A stretch of DNA of 64,000 nucleotides, taken from contig JABILA010000006.1 of the NCBI GenBank assembly GCA_018654745.1, forward strand, positions 18,598 through 82,597. The letters are read 5' to 3'. The position numbers and the translations under genes were made by a program. Under the pieces are notes generated by a model. It searched no databases and was not told where the DNA came from. It saw only the letters and a list, made by a program, of their open reading frames with translations. Each line of letters opens with the position of its first letter. Within the stretch, counting starts at the first letter, position 1. The stretch comes from Alphaproteobacteria bacterium. GTDB lineage: Bacteria > Pseudomonadota > Alphaproteobacteria > UBA2966. This document shows positions 19,083 to 29,363 of the stretch, piece after piece.

Positions 19083-20825
19083 GTGGCAAATCTGCAAAGG
19101 GCAAAACAACTCACGAACCTGAAGGGCAATACGAACCCTTCGGTTCTGATTGTTGGTGGCGGCATCAATGGCATCGGCCTCTATCGCGACCTGGCCCTGC
19201 AGGGTGTCGATGTGTTGCTGGTGGAGCAAAAGGATTTTTGCAGCGGCGCAAGTGCAGCCCTTTCGCGCATGGTTCACGGCGGCTTGCGTTATCTTGAGCA
19301 AGGCGAATTCAGGCTGGTGCGGGAATCTCTGGAGGAGCGAAATATCCTTCTACGCAATGCCCCGCACTATGTAAAACCCTTGCCGACAACCATTCCTGTA
19401 TTTGATTATGCTTCCGGCATCATGAACGCCCTGCTGCGTTTCCTCGGGCTTTCGGAAAAACCCGGCAGGCGGGGGGCCCTGGTCATCAAGCTTGGTCTGA
19501 CCTTGTATGACTTTTTTACCCGAACCCGACGCGAAACGCCGACCCATAACTTCCAGGGGCAAAAGGAAACTTTTCTGCGCTGGCCGGAATTGCATCCTGA
19601 CGTCAAATGCAGCGCAACCTATTTCGATGCCTGGGTGACCTATCCCGAACGTCTGGGCCTGGAGATGGTTATGGATGTTGCACAAACCGATACAGCGGCC
19701 ATGGCCGTCAATTACATGTCTGTCGCATCGTCAGATGGTAAGTCGGTCACCTTGCGCGATGAAGTATCCGGGGAAGAGATTTCGGTTGAGCCCGGCATTG
19801 TCGTGAACGCCACCGGGGCCTGGATTGATCTTACCAACGGTGCCCTTCAGGGTGGTGACAATGAACCCGCAAAGAAAATGGTAGGGGGCACCAAAGGCTC
19901 TCACCTGATCATCAGGAACGACACTTTATTAAAGGCCGTCGGTCAGCAAATGGTTTATTACGAAAACCAGGACGGCCGTATCTGCATACTATTTCCCTAT
20001 TTTGGCAATGTTCTGGTGGGATCAACAGACATCAGGATTGATGACCCCACAGATGTGCGCTGCGAAGAGGAAGAACGCGACTACATCCTGCAGTCCCTGG
20101 CGTTTGTTTTTCCAAAAATTGTCATTCAACCCGACGAAATTCTCTATACATTTTCCGGCGTTCGCCCTCTGGAATACAGTGACAGCTCTGTGACCGGTGG
20201 CATCTCGCGTGACCATTCCTGCCGGACCTTGCCTGATTCACCACAGCGTGATTTTCCTGTCCTGTGCATGATTGGTGGCAAGTGGACCACTTTTCGCGCC
20301 TTCGGTGAGCAGGTGGCAGATAAGATTCTAGACATCCTGAACAGCAAACGGAAAAGTCACACGAATAGTATTCCCATCGGCGGGGGCAAGGACTTTCCGC
20401 GCGACCATGGTGATTTTGAAAACTGGATTTCTGATCTGAGAGATCGATCAGGTATGGATGAGGCCAGGTTGCGCAGGTTAATCGACAGATATGGCAGCAA
20501 GGCAGAAAGCCTGATCGGCTATATGAAACAATCAACAGACAAGGCGCTGATCAGCGACCCTTCCTATAGCCAGCGTGAATTGCTGCATATTATCGAACAG
20601 GAAAACGTTACCTGCCTTGAGGATATATTGCTGCGGCGTACGTCCCTTGCCATTTCCGGAGGCCTTTCCACGGCCCTGATTGATGAAGTTCTGGCCATTA
20701 TGGCGAACGCACGCGGCTGGAACCAGACCCGGACCACATCGGCGCGTCAGGAATTTCTTGCACGGCTTTCAAAACAGCATGCCGTCACGCTTGAGGCCGC
20801 CGAACCACAACCCGTTAACGCATAA
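19083..20825 (+). CDS. FAD-dependent glycerol-3-phosphate dehydrogenase-like (GlpD/EryB-like) polyol-phosphate dehydrogenase
   Basis: 580 aa. N-terminal FAD motif (VLIVGGGINGIGLYRDLALQGVDVLLVEQ) and the GlpD C-terminal domain. Confidence 0.8.
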   Translation: MANLQRAKQLTNLKGNTNPSVLIVGGGINGIGLYRDLALQGVDVLLVEQKDFCSGASAALSRMVHGGLRYLEQGEFRLVRESLEERNILLRNAPHYVKPLPTTIPVFDYASGIMNALLRFLGLSEKPGRRGALVIKLGLTLYDFFTRTRRETPTHNFQGQKETFLRWPELHPDVKCSATYFDAWVTYPERLGLEMVMDVAQTDTAAMAVNYMSVASSDGKSVTLRDEVSGEEISVEPGIVVNATGAWIDLTNGALQGGDNEPAKKMVGGTKGSHLIIRNDTLLKAVGQQMVYYENQDGRICILFPYFGNVLVGSTDIRIDDPTDVRCEEEERDYILQSLAFVFPKIVIQPDEILYTFSGVRPLEYSDSSVTGGISRDHSCRTLPDSPQRDFPVLCMIGGKWTTFRAFGEQVADKILDILNSKRKSHTNSIPIGGGKDFPRDHGDFENWISDLRDRSGMDEARLRRLIDRYGSKAESLIGYMKQSTDKALISDPSYSQRELLHIIEQENVTCLEDILLRRTSLAISGGLSTALIDEVLAIMANARGWNQTRTTSARQEFLARLSKQHAVTLEAAEPQPVNA

Positions 20826-20834
20826 GGAAAGAAA

Positions 20835-21677
20835 ATGTATCTCGCAAAGAAGGTTCGGATGAACCGTTTGTTTGGCAAAGGAAAGTGTCTGGATGTCGCC
20901 ATAGATCATGGTGTCTGTAACGAACCATCATTTCTGGACGGACTGGAAGATATTGCCAAGGTTGTCGGGCAATTGGTTGAAGCCGGACCTGATGCTATCC
21001 AGATGAATTACGGCCAGTCAGATTTACTGCAAAACATTGATGGCAAGAAAAAACCAGCCCTTGTCATGCGCACAGACATGGGCAACCCCTACAACAAGGT
21101 TGCCCACCGCGTGATGTGGTCCCTGATGCAAAATGCGGAGGAGCCCATTTTGGCCGCCCTGCAAATGGATGCAGCTTGTGTCGTCATCAATCTGTTCATG
21201 GTGCCGGATGAACCCGATCTTTTCCGGCAATGCGTCAAGAATATTTCCACCATCCGCAATGAATGTGAAAAATACCACATGCCCTTGATGATCGAACCTC
21301 TGGTCATGCAGTCCAATTCGGAACGCGGCGGTTACATGGTGGACGGCAATACAGATGACATTGTGACATTGGTCCGCCTCGCCCGTGAAATGGGGGCCGA
21401 CATTGTCAAAGCCGACCCAACTAATGAAGCAGCAGATTTCCACAAGGTTGTCGAAGCCGCACGCTGTCCTGTCCTGGTACGGGGCGGCGGCAAGGAGGAT
21501 CTGAAAACCGTATTCAGGAAATCACATGCCCTGATGGAACAGGGGGCCATGGGCATGGTCTATGGTCGCAATATTTATCAGCATGATAATCCCTCTCGCG
21601 TTGTCAAATCCCTGATGGCCATGATCCATGACGGTGCCACAGGAGATGACGCCTGGGCCTTGTACGAAGCGTCCTGA
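20835..21677 (+). CDS. class I aldolase of the DhnA/LsrF/AroA' (DeoC/LacD) family
   Basis: N-terminus (RLFGKGKCLDVAIDHGVCNEP) matches the AroA'/LsrF pattern. Schiff-base Lys region GADIVKAD. 280 aa. Confidence 0.7.
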   Translation: MYLAKKVRMNRLFGKGKCLDVAIDHGVCNEPSFLDGLEDIAKVVGQLVEAGPDAIQMNYGQSDLLQNIDGKKKPALVMRTDMGNPYNKVAHRVMWSLMQNAEEPILAALQMDAACVVINLFMVPDEPDLFRQCVKNISTIRNECEKYHMPLMIEPLVMQSNSERGGYMVDGNTDDIVTLVRLAREMGADIVKADPTNEAADFHKVVEAARCPVLVRGGGKEDLKTVFRKSHALMEQGAMGMVYGRNIYQHDNPSRVVKSLMAMIHDGATGDDAWALYEAS

Positions 21678-21705
21678 CCACAGGCAGCAACGGAGACGTA
21701 TCAGG

Positions 21706-23211
21706 ATGGGATCATATTTACTGGGACTGGATGCCGGAAACACTGTCACCAAGGCAGTGTTGTTTGATACGGCTGGCAACCAGGTCGCCTCCCACGCTTG
21801 TCCTGGCACGTCTCAACATCCTGAACCTGGCCACGTTGAACGCTCCTTGCCCGATCTTTGGCAACAGGCCAGCGAGGCCATCAGGATTTGTATCGAACGG
21901 TCTGGAGTTGATCCGTCGCAAATCCTGGGCGTCGGCTGCAGCGGGCACGGTAACGGCCTCTATCTGCTGGACAAACAAAACCTGCCATTGCTGGGTATCC
22001 AGTCGCTCGACAGTCGTGCGGTCGAAACAGTTGATGAATTTGCAGCGGACGGGCGCGATGATCTGATTTATGACATCTGCCTGCAAAAACCGTGGCCCTC
22101 ACAGACGGCGACCCTTCTGGCCTGGCTAAAACGCCATGCCCCCGACATTTACGCCCAAACCGGGACAGCGTTTTTGTGCAAGGACTATCTGAGATTTTGT
22201 CTGACCGGGACAATCGGCAGTGACTATTCGGATATGAGTGGCTGCGGCCTGCTGCGCCTTCCGTCTCTGGAATATGATCAGGAATTGCTGACGCACTATG
22301 GTCTGGAGGATTGCCCGAACCTGCTGCCGCCCCTGTCTCAATCGACAGATATTATTGGCAAGGTCACGCCAGAAGCGGCCGAACAAACCGGCTTGCAGGC
22401 CGGCACGCCGATGGTCGCAGGTCTCTTTGATATTGTTGCAAGTGCGCTTGGTGCAGGCACCACACAACCTGGTCAGGCCTCCATCGTCGCAGGGACCTGG
22501 AGCATCAATCAGGTGGTTGTTGAACAACCCGTTTCCGATCCCTCAATCTTCATGGCCGCGGCAATTTCCCCTGACAGGTTTGTTGAAGCCGAAGCCAGTG
22601 CCACCTCTGCGACAAACCTTGCCTGGATGGTACGCGAATTTTTGACAGATAATGACATGCAGGCGGATGAGAGCACTGTACTGGCGCATTGCAATGAACT
22701 GGTTGCTGGCGTCGAGTTAGTTCCAGGTTTGCCGATCTTTCATCCCTTTATATATGGCTCTGGTAGCAATGGTTCAGCCCGGGCCGGTTTTTACGGTATC
22801 GGCGGCTGGCACACACGCGCGCACATGATCCACGCGATTTATGAAGGCGTGGTTTTTGGACATCTTCAGCACATAGCAAAGTTGAGAAACGCCGGTGTCG
22901 ACTTTAACAGCGCCACCTTGTCAGGTGGTGCATCACGCAGCCCGATCTGGCCGCAGATGTTTGCGGACATCCTGGATGTTGAAGTTACGGTTTCCGAGTG
23001 TACCGAGACAGGTGCCAAAGGCGCCGCCATTGCGGCAGGTGTCGGACTTTCCCTGTTCGCGGACCTGACTGCGGGTACTGCAGCTATGTCACAAGGCGAT
23101 CACAGCTATTATCCTGATCCTCTTAAACAGCAGATTTATTGGCAACGCTTTGAAATATTTGAAAAATTGTGTGCTTCCATGACCGCCATCTGGGAAAAAC
23201 TGGCGGAATAA
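21706..23211 (+). CDS. FGGY-family carbohydrate/polyol kinase
   Basis: Start moved to Met 21706 (GGAG RBS). N-terminal LGLDAGNTVTKAVLFD (FGGY N-domain) plus the C-domain. Confidence 0.8.
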   Translation: MGSYLLGLDAGNTVTKAVLFDTAGNQVASHACPGTSQHPEPGHVERSLPDLWQQASEAIRICIERSGVDPSQILGVGCSGHGNGLYLLDKQNLPLLGIQSLDSRAVETVDEFAADGRDDLIYDICLQKPWPSQTATLLAWLKRHAPDIYAQTGTAFLCKDYLRFCLTGTIGSDYSDMSGCGLLRLPSLEYDQELLTHYGLEDCPNLLPPLSQSTDIIGKVTPEAAEQTGLQAGTPMVAGLFDIVASALGAGTTQPGQASIVAGTWSINQVVVEQPVSDPSIFMAAAISPDRFVEAEASATSATNLAWMVREFLTDNDMQADESTVLAHCNELVAGVELVPGLPIFHPFIYGSGSNGSARAGFYGIGGWHTRAHMIHAIYEGVVFGHLQHIAKLRNAGVDFNSATLSGGASRSPIWPQMFADILDVEVTVSECTETGAKGAAIAAGVGLSLFADLTAGTAAMSQGDHSYYPDPLKQQIYWQRFEIFEKLCASMTAIWEKLAE

Positions 23212-23225
23212 ATCTAAACACAATA

Positions 23226-25160
23226 TCAGCTCTGTGCCGCCTTCTTCCTGTTCAGTTGATAGTTTTCGAATTTCGGTGACCGGGTCATCGACCAGTAATC
23301 AACCAACCGCCATGGCATGACCGAAAATACGCGCCCGGCTTTGTTCCGGTAATAGGTCGACATGCCGGGATGAGACCAGACCATTTGCTCATGTTCGGCA
23401 TCTACTTTGCGCACATAATCATCCAATGCTTCCGGTTTGACATCGATCGATGCCAGATCCTCGGTGACAATCTTCTCAAGGCAAACAGCAATATAATTGG
23501 CCTGACATTCAGCGGTGAAAATTGCGCTGCCCCCATGCCCCAATCCGGTATTTGGCCCTTGCATACAAAACAGATTGGGGAAGTCCGGGACCGTTATCCC
23601 GATATAGGCTGTGGGGTTCTCGTCGGCCCAGGCGTCCTCCAGTCGACGACCACCCAGTCCCGCAATATTCAAACGTGACGCCATTTCCGTGATCTTGAAC
23701 CCTGTCGAATAAATGACAACATCAGCCGGATGGTGCTGGTCATCACAGGTCTTTATCCCGGTTTGATCAAAATGCTCAATGCCCTCCGTAACCAGTTCGA
23801 CATTGTCTTTTCGCAGCGATTTATACCAGCTGTTATCCAGCAGGATGCGCTTGCCATAGGGTGGATAGGTCGGTGTACATTTTCCAATCAGGTCAGGACG
23901 GCCTTCCAGTTCCTGTTCGATATGGCGGGTCATCTCCTGACGATGGCGGTCGTTGGCCCTGTTCAGGGAACGTGCGGGATGCGGCCATGTCGGATCAATT
24001 CGAAGTGATGGTAACAGACCATCGCCATAGCGCCACAACATTGTAAATCGATACCAGGCGGCATAAAGCGGTACGTTCTTCAGCAGCCATTGTGCACCTT
24101 CGGGAAGGGCATCCTGATAACGGGGAATGGGGCGCACCCATTGGGCGCTGCGTTGATATACGGCAAGAGACGCGACATCGTTCGCAATCTCCGGCACGAT
24201 TTGCATGGCCGATGCGCCGGTCCCGATAATCGCGACATGTTTGCCTTTCAAGTCCGTTCCCGACGGCCATCGCGCCGTGTGAAAACTTGTGCCCTGAAAG
24301 TCATCGGCACCTTTCAACGATGGCATGGAAACCTGGCTAAGCTGTCCAATGGCGCTGACAACCGCCATGGCCTCAAGCCGCTCTTCGCCATCGTTCGTTG
24401 ACAATGTGACCTGCCAGCAAGACTTTTCCTGATCCCAGAAAGCCGCGGTTACCCGGGTCTCGAACCGTATCGCCTGGCGTAAATCCAGTTCTTCGGAAAT
24501 GCACTCAAGATAATCCTGAATCTCTGATCGCGGTGAAAAATTCCGGCTCCAGGAATATCGGTTGCCAAAAGAATATGAATAGGCGTGATTAGGCGTATCA
24601 ACAGCGCAACCAGGATATGTGTTTTCAAACCAGGTTCCGCCAACCTCAGTGTTTCGCTCGACGGTAATATAGTTGATGCCCATTTTTTGTAGCCGGTATC
24701 CAAGCGCCAGGCCACTTGCACCGGCACCGACAATAACGACTGGCCGGGTCTGTTTCTCATGTCCCGATGTGACCTCGACAGAATCTGTAGCCTCCGGCGT
24801 AAATCCCATTTGCTCGCGCATCATGGGGGCATATTCCGGTGGCACGGCTTCGCTGAGACAAGTACTCATCATCTCAACCATCAGATCATCACCAGGAACC
24901 TCAATCGCAGTAGCCTGATCAGCCCGTGACAATAGTTCAACCGCAGCAGCCCTGATCTCAGATTGAATATGTTCAGGAAAACCAGCCGCTTCATCTGCAA
25001 TCAAACTGACATCACGCGCAGGGCGAAAAGGCTCAGATAACCAACGACGATCACCTGATATCTGAAACAAGACCATCAGCAATACCCGTAAATCAGCAGA
25101 TTGAACTGCCGTTGCTAACGCAGCAGTATACCGCACTTTCTGATCGAGCATATTTGTCAC
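23226..25160 (-). CDS. Baeyer-Villiger (class B flavoprotein) monooxygenase with N-terminal extension (HAPMO-like)
   Basis: 644 aa. Rossmann VVIVGAGASGL, BVMO fingerprint FQGTSFHTARWP and a second GTGASA motif. About 140-aa N-terminal extension as in 4-hydroxyacetophenone monooxygenases. Confidence 0.8.
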   Translation of the reverse strand: MTNMLDQKVRYTAALATAVQSADLRVLLMVLFQISGDRRWLSEPFRPARDVSLIADEAAGFPEHIQSEIRAAAVELLSRADQATAIEVPGDDLMVEMMSTCLSEAVPPEYAPMMREQMGFTPEATDSVEVTSGHEKQTRPVVIVGAGASGLALGYRLQKMGINYITVERNTEVGGTWFENTYPGCAVDTPNHAYSYSFGNRYSWSRNFSPRSEIQDYLECISEELDLRQAIRFETRVTAAFWDQEKSCWQVTLSTNDGEERLEAMAVVSAIGQLSQVSMPSLKGADDFQGTSFHTARWPSGTDLKGKHVAIIGTGASAMQIVPEIANDVASLAVYQRSAQWVRPIPRYQDALPEGAQWLLKNVPLYAAWYRFTMLWRYGDGLLPSLRIDPTWPHPARSLNRANDRHRQEMTRHIEQELEGRPDLIGKCTPTYPPYGKRILLDNSWYKSLRKDNVELVTEGIEHFDQTGIKTCDDQHHPADVVIYSTGFKITEMASRLNIAGLGGRRLEDAWADENPTAYIGITVPDFPNLFCMQGPNTGLGHGGSAIFTAECQANYIAVCLEKIVTEDLASIDVKPEALDDYVRKVDAEHEQMVWSHPGMSTYYRNKAGRVFSVMPWRLVDYWSMTRSPKFENYQLNRKKAAQS

Positions 25161-25385
25161 AGTGGCATCATCCCCCTTTAATCGGCTCCTTCAATCCCGA
25201 AGCCCATCCGATGCCAACCAGCATGCCACAAGCACAACATGAAGCAAGATGACAAACATTTGTCGATGCACATACTTCAATAGACTGGATGCAATTGTCT
25301 TGATGCGACTGACTGGCCTGACTTATGCTGTCTCCACGCAGCAACCCGCTGTCCAGCCAATAAACGCATTCAAGGGAAATAGATT

Positions 25386-26087
25386 ATGTTTGAAGGTAAA
25401 CCTGTAAAGGAAGACGCCGCCCGTGTGTTTGAAGTAATCCGTAATGGTGGTGTTGCCATTTTCCCGGTCAGTGTTGGATATGCCATCGTTGGTCATGCAG
25501 ACGATGCTATTGAGCGTATGTACAAGGCGAAGGAGCGTTCCTTCGACAAACCCTGTGGGAACTTTGGCGATTGGGAACTGTTCAATGCAATTGTGGAAGT
25601 CTCCGACCAGGCCCGCGAAATAGTCCGCGTGATCACACAGGATCATGACCTGCCTTTTTCAATTGTTGGCCCCTTCATCGCCGACAACCCTGTTGCCAAA
25701 AGCCTGCCGCCTTTCTCCTTCAAGAATTCAACCAAGCTTGGCACCATGGACCTGTTGATGAATGCTGGCCCCCTTCATGACGAAATCGCCCGACTGGCGC
25801 GAGAAAATAATTTTGCAGTTGTCGGATCATCTGCAAATGTCTCTCTGACGGGCAGCAAGTTTGTCTTTGAGGATATCGAGGCCCAGGTGCGTGATGTTGC
25901 CGATATCACCATCGACTACGGCCTGGTGCCTTACCATAACGATCAAGGTCTGGGCAGCACGATCATTGATCTGGTGTCCTATGAAACAATTCGCGTCGGC
26001 TGTGTCTACGATCAGATTTGTGACATTATCAAGGATGGATTTGATGTTGACCTGAAAGCAATTACAGCTGCCAAAGCTGCTGGCTAG
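25386..26087 (+). CDS. YrdC/Sua5/TsaC-family (L-threonylcarbamoyladenylate synthase-like) domain protein
   Basis: 233 aa. YrdC-domain N-terminus (VIRNGGVAIFPVSVGYAIVGHADDAIERMYKAKERSFDKP). Confidence 0.65.
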   Translation: MFEGKPVKEDAARVFEVIRNGGVAIFPVSVGYAIVGHADDAIERMYKAKERSFDKPCGNFGDWELFNAIVEVSDQAREIVRVITQDHDLPFSIVGPFIADNPVAKSLPPFSFKNSTKLGTMDLLMNAGPLHDEIARLARENNFAVVGSSANVSLTGSKFVFEDIEAQVRDVADITIDYGLVPYHNDQGLGSTIIDLVSYETIRVGCVYDQICDIIKDGFDVDLKAITAAKAAG

Positions 26088-26194
26088 AGCGTTTCCGGGC
26101 TTAACGGAAACGCAGTTTTGCTTTTAACTCAAGGTGCGCTCCAAATTTTAATGCAGAAGCGATTCCGTTTAAGTCGGAATCGCCCTGGGTCCAG

Positions 26195-27214
26195 CTACAA
26201 GGTCTGGCGATACTTTTCTGCATCCCAGTTCACCAGCTGTTTTTCTTCCTCTTCCGTGAGGTAACGAACGGCTGCAGATGCGGGCACGCGACGCACGACC
26301 TCAGCCAGCGCTTTCAGCATTTCCACGCCGCCAGCGACAAGGGATTTGTGGTGCACAACGCCTACACCCTTCAGGGCGACAGCTTTGGGCCGCAGGGGAT
26401 CGCCCGACGGAGATTGGACAAACTCTGCAAGTTCACCAAGGGTTTGCGTACCTTCGATACCACTGCCCAGGAAAACAACATGATCAGGATAGAGCGAACC
26501 ACCGCAGGCCAGATCAAATCCACTGGCGACCAACCCGGACTGATGGATTATCTCTGCATCGGCCACAACAAAATCTGTCCCGGCGCAAGCATCCGACAAA
26601 ATCTGACGGGACGGTTCGATAATCGGGACTGCCTTTGTTTCAAGTCTGTCTTCAACATCCTGCATTAATTCCCGGGCTTCAACGGGGCTATCTCCACCAA
26701 CGACCAGTCCGTGGTTCTGGATCACCAGAACGTCGCATTGTTTTATCGCCAGTTGTTTGGCGACAAGCCGGGTAAGCGGCATACCTGGCTGGGAATAAGG
26801 GATAAATCCCCAGCGAATGCCATCAAGCTTCCTGGCCAAAATATCTGCGGTATTCTGTTGAACGGCGTGGACAATTGCGTTGATGGAATGAGTGTGAAAA
26901 ACCACTCGATGATGCATAAGGGAATGTAGCGTCGTTTCGATAGAGGGGCGTAACCCGACCGGGCCAATAGATAATGCGGCACCTTCAACGGGATCATCAC
27001 AATTGTCTTCGATGTTCCGGTTCACCCGGGCTGGATCAACAGCAACAAAAACATCATCTGTGTCTGCATGTTGCAACCATTTCCCCGACGCCTTAACCCA
27101 CATCAGGTTGCCGTCAATCTTGATAGACGTATTCCCGCCAGCGCCCTGGATCAGCAAAGGATCAGCCCCCAGGGCCTGTGACACACTTAAGAAATCTGGA
27201 GAAATATCAACCAT
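26195..27214 (-). CDS. class II aldolase/adducin-family protein (stand-alone YuxG N-domain-like)
   Basis: 339 aa. GAGGNTSIK and HTHS zinc-ligand region. Paralogous to the N-domain of the downstream aldolase-SDR fusion. Confidence 0.65.
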   Translation of the reverse strand: MVDISPDFLSVSQALGADPLLIQGAGGNTSIKIDGNLMWVKASGKWLQHADTDDVFVAVDPARVNRNIEDNCDDPVEGAALSIGPVGLRPSIETTLHSLMHHRVVFHTHSINAIVHAVQQNTADILARKLDGIRWGFIPYSQPGMPLTRLVAKQLAIKQCDVLVIQNHGLVVGGDSPVEARELMQDVEDRLETKAVPIIEPSRQILSDACAGTDFVVADAEIIHQSGLVASGFDLACGGSLYPDHVVFLGSGIEGTQTLGELAEFVQSPSGDPLRPKAVALKGVGVVHHKSLVAGGVEMLKALAEVVRRVPASAAVRYLTEEEEKQLVNWDAEKYRQTL

Positions 27215-27230
27215 TTACAGTTCTTTCAAA

Positions 27231-28079
27231 TTACAATGTGCGAGAGACCCAGGTTGGCGAAACACCACCTTCAAACAATTCCGATTGTGCAGTGGGCATG
27301 ATATCGACGCCGTCGAAAAGAGCCTGATGAATGCCGGTCAAAACAAGAAAGGTATCAAAGCCTGCATTATGGGCACCCACAACATCATGGTCGTAAGAAT
27401 CGCCCACAAACAAAGGCCTGATACACCCACAAGCCTTTAAACGCTCTTGCACGATGTCATAAACAAAAGGATAGGGTTTGCCGACCCAGATCACCTTGCC
27501 GCCTGCCTCTTCATATCCTTTTGCAATCATGCCTGTGCTGGCCACCAACTCTGCGCCACCCAGTGCAGCGAAATCGGGATTACTACACAGCAGTGGTTTA
27601 CCGGCAGAGATGAGATGCGGTAGCAAATCCGTCTGCCAGGTCCCGACAAGATTTGCTGGCATGCCGGACAAATAGACAAAATTACATGCATTGAGATCAC
27701 CCACGATCTGGAGTCCGTCAATCTCCGCCGACAGTTCATCAGAAGCTTCATTCGGGCTGGCGATGTGGTAACAGTTTGCACCCATGTCTTTTACGAGATC
27801 ACGCAAGTGGTGGGCTTTCGCGACTTCCCCTGATGTAACGACATCGTCTATCAAATCACCGTCAATGCCGAGAGACACAAGGCGATCAAGATTTGCGTTG
27901 GCACTTCGACCGCTGTTGCTGAGCACAAGGATCGACTTGCCTTGACTATGCAAATGTTGAAGAACATTTGTCACATTCGGGTACAGCGCGTTGCCATCGT
28001 GCAGAACACCAAATTGGTCAAATACAAAGCCATCATATTGTTCGGCAACCTGCAGCAAACCCTGAACGACGGCACTCAC
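27231..28079 (-). CDS. HAD-superfamily subfamily IIA hydrolase (sugar-phosphate phosphatase-like)
   Basis: 282 aa. DxD-type N-terminus (FVFDQFGVLHDG) and C-terminal GDSYDHDVVGAHNAG. Confidence 0.7.
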   Translation of the reverse strand: MSAVVQGLLQVAEQYDGFVFDQFGVLHDGNALYPNVTNVLQHLHSQGKSILVLSNSGRSANANLDRLVSLGIDGDLIDDVVTSGEVAKAHHLRDLVKDMGANCYHIASPNEASDELSAEIDGLQIVGDLNACNFVYLSGMPANLVGTWQTDLLPHLISAGKPLLCSNPDFAALGGAELVASTGMIAKGYEEAGGKVIWVGKPYPFVYDIVQERLKACGCIRPLFVGDSYDHDVVGAHNAGFDTFLVLTGIHQALFDGVDIMPTAQSELFEGGVSPTWVSRTL

Positions 28080-29353
28080 GACCCTACCGCACCGTGCAGG
28101 GCGATCAGAGCCGCACCAAACGCAGGTTCGGTTTCTGCTGCCGCGATTACTTTTGTCCCGAGAATTCGTTCTCGAACCTTAAGCCAGACCGGATTTTGAC
28201 TGCCCCCGCCCGAGGTTTTGATCAATGTCGGGTATGGCACACCATGGGCCTGCATCAGGTCAAATCCTCTTTTTTCGATGCGCGCAATCGATTCGAACAG
28301 ACCCGCCAGGAAAAGGGCAGGATCATCAGGTCGGGGCTCGGTTCGGCTTTCAAGACCAGCGTCTGATATGGGAAAGCGCTCACCCTTTGAGGCCAACGGG
28401 TAATAATCCAGACCCGTGGCAACATCGGGATCGATCTTCAGCGACAATGCGGACATCTCTTCCGGTGTGAAGTGTTTCAATAACGCACCGCCACCAGTGT
28501 TGCTGGCCCCGCCCGCAATCCAGTTTTCAAATAGCCGATGGCTGTAGATACCAAAGCTGGGCACATCAACCCTTTCGGGTGAAACCGATTTTATTACCAA
28601 AGTCGTTCCTAATGAGGTCACGGCCGTGCCAGGCGAAAGATTGTCCAGGCCACTGGCCGCGATAAAGGCAGCCGTGCCGTCCGTTGTGCCTGTAAATATT
28701 CGACAATCGTCGGAAAATCCAAATTCGTCAGACATCATTTCGGTCACTCTGCCAACAGAGGTCGCCGGAGGATAAACAACCGGCAAAGCATCCGATTGGA
28801 ACGGCAGCGCCGTGGGGTCAAACAGCCAGTCGGCTGTTGATGGATCATAACCCAGCTTCAAGGCATTATTCTGATCACTGAAATCAAAGCGGCCTGAAAG
28901 ATTTCCGGCGAGCCAGTCTGCCTGGTGGACGACATGAAAATCTGCTGGCTGATCCACTGACCACAAATCCAGCACACGACCGAGCGTTGGCGGAATTTCC
29001 TCGCCATCTACAAGCGAACGTCCCTCGAGTAAATCGATGGATTCTTTTGATGGCAGTTCGTTGTAGAACTTCGGTGCGGACAGGGGCACACCTGCGTCGT
29101 CACATAACAAGACCGTGCCGGATTGGCCGTCCACCGCGATCCCGTCGACCTGATCCAGGCTGATTTGCCCCGACAGGTTTTCAAGAATACTGTTTACCCC
29201 AGCCTTCCAGGCCTGAGGATCACGTGCTTCATCTGCATCGGAAAACCTGATGTCCGCATTGGCAACTGTATTGGCCTGTTGATCAATACAAATGCCACGC
29301 AAGCCCGACGTACCAGCATCCAGACCCAAATAGAGTTGTTTGGTTGAAATCAC
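28076..29353 (-). CDS. FGGY-family carbohydrate kinase (short form)
   Basis: 425 aa. LYLGLDAGTSGLRGICID N-terminus. 4-nt overlap with the HAD gene. Confidence 0.75.
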   Translation of the reverse strand: MISTKQLYLGLDAGTSGLRGICIDQQANTVANADIRFSDADEARDPQAWKAGVNSILENLSGQISLDQVDGIAVDGQSGTVLLCDDAGVPLSAPKFYNELPSKESIDLLEGRSLVDGEEIPPTLGRVLDLWSVDQPADFHVVHQADWLAGNLSGRFDFSDQNNALKLGYDPSTADWLFDPTALPFQSDALPVVYPPATSVGRVTEMMSDEFGFSDDCRIFTGTTDGTAAFIAASGLDNLSPGTAVTSLGTTLVIKSVSPERVDVPSFGIYSHRLFENWIAGGASNTGGGALLKHFTPEEMSALSLKIDPDVATGLDYYPLASKGERFPISDAGLESRTEPRPDDPALFLAGLFESIARIEKRGFDLMQAHGVPYPTLIKTSGGGSQNPVWLKVRERILGTKVIAAAETEPAFGAALIALHGAVGS

Positions 29354-29363
29354 TTAACCTCTC

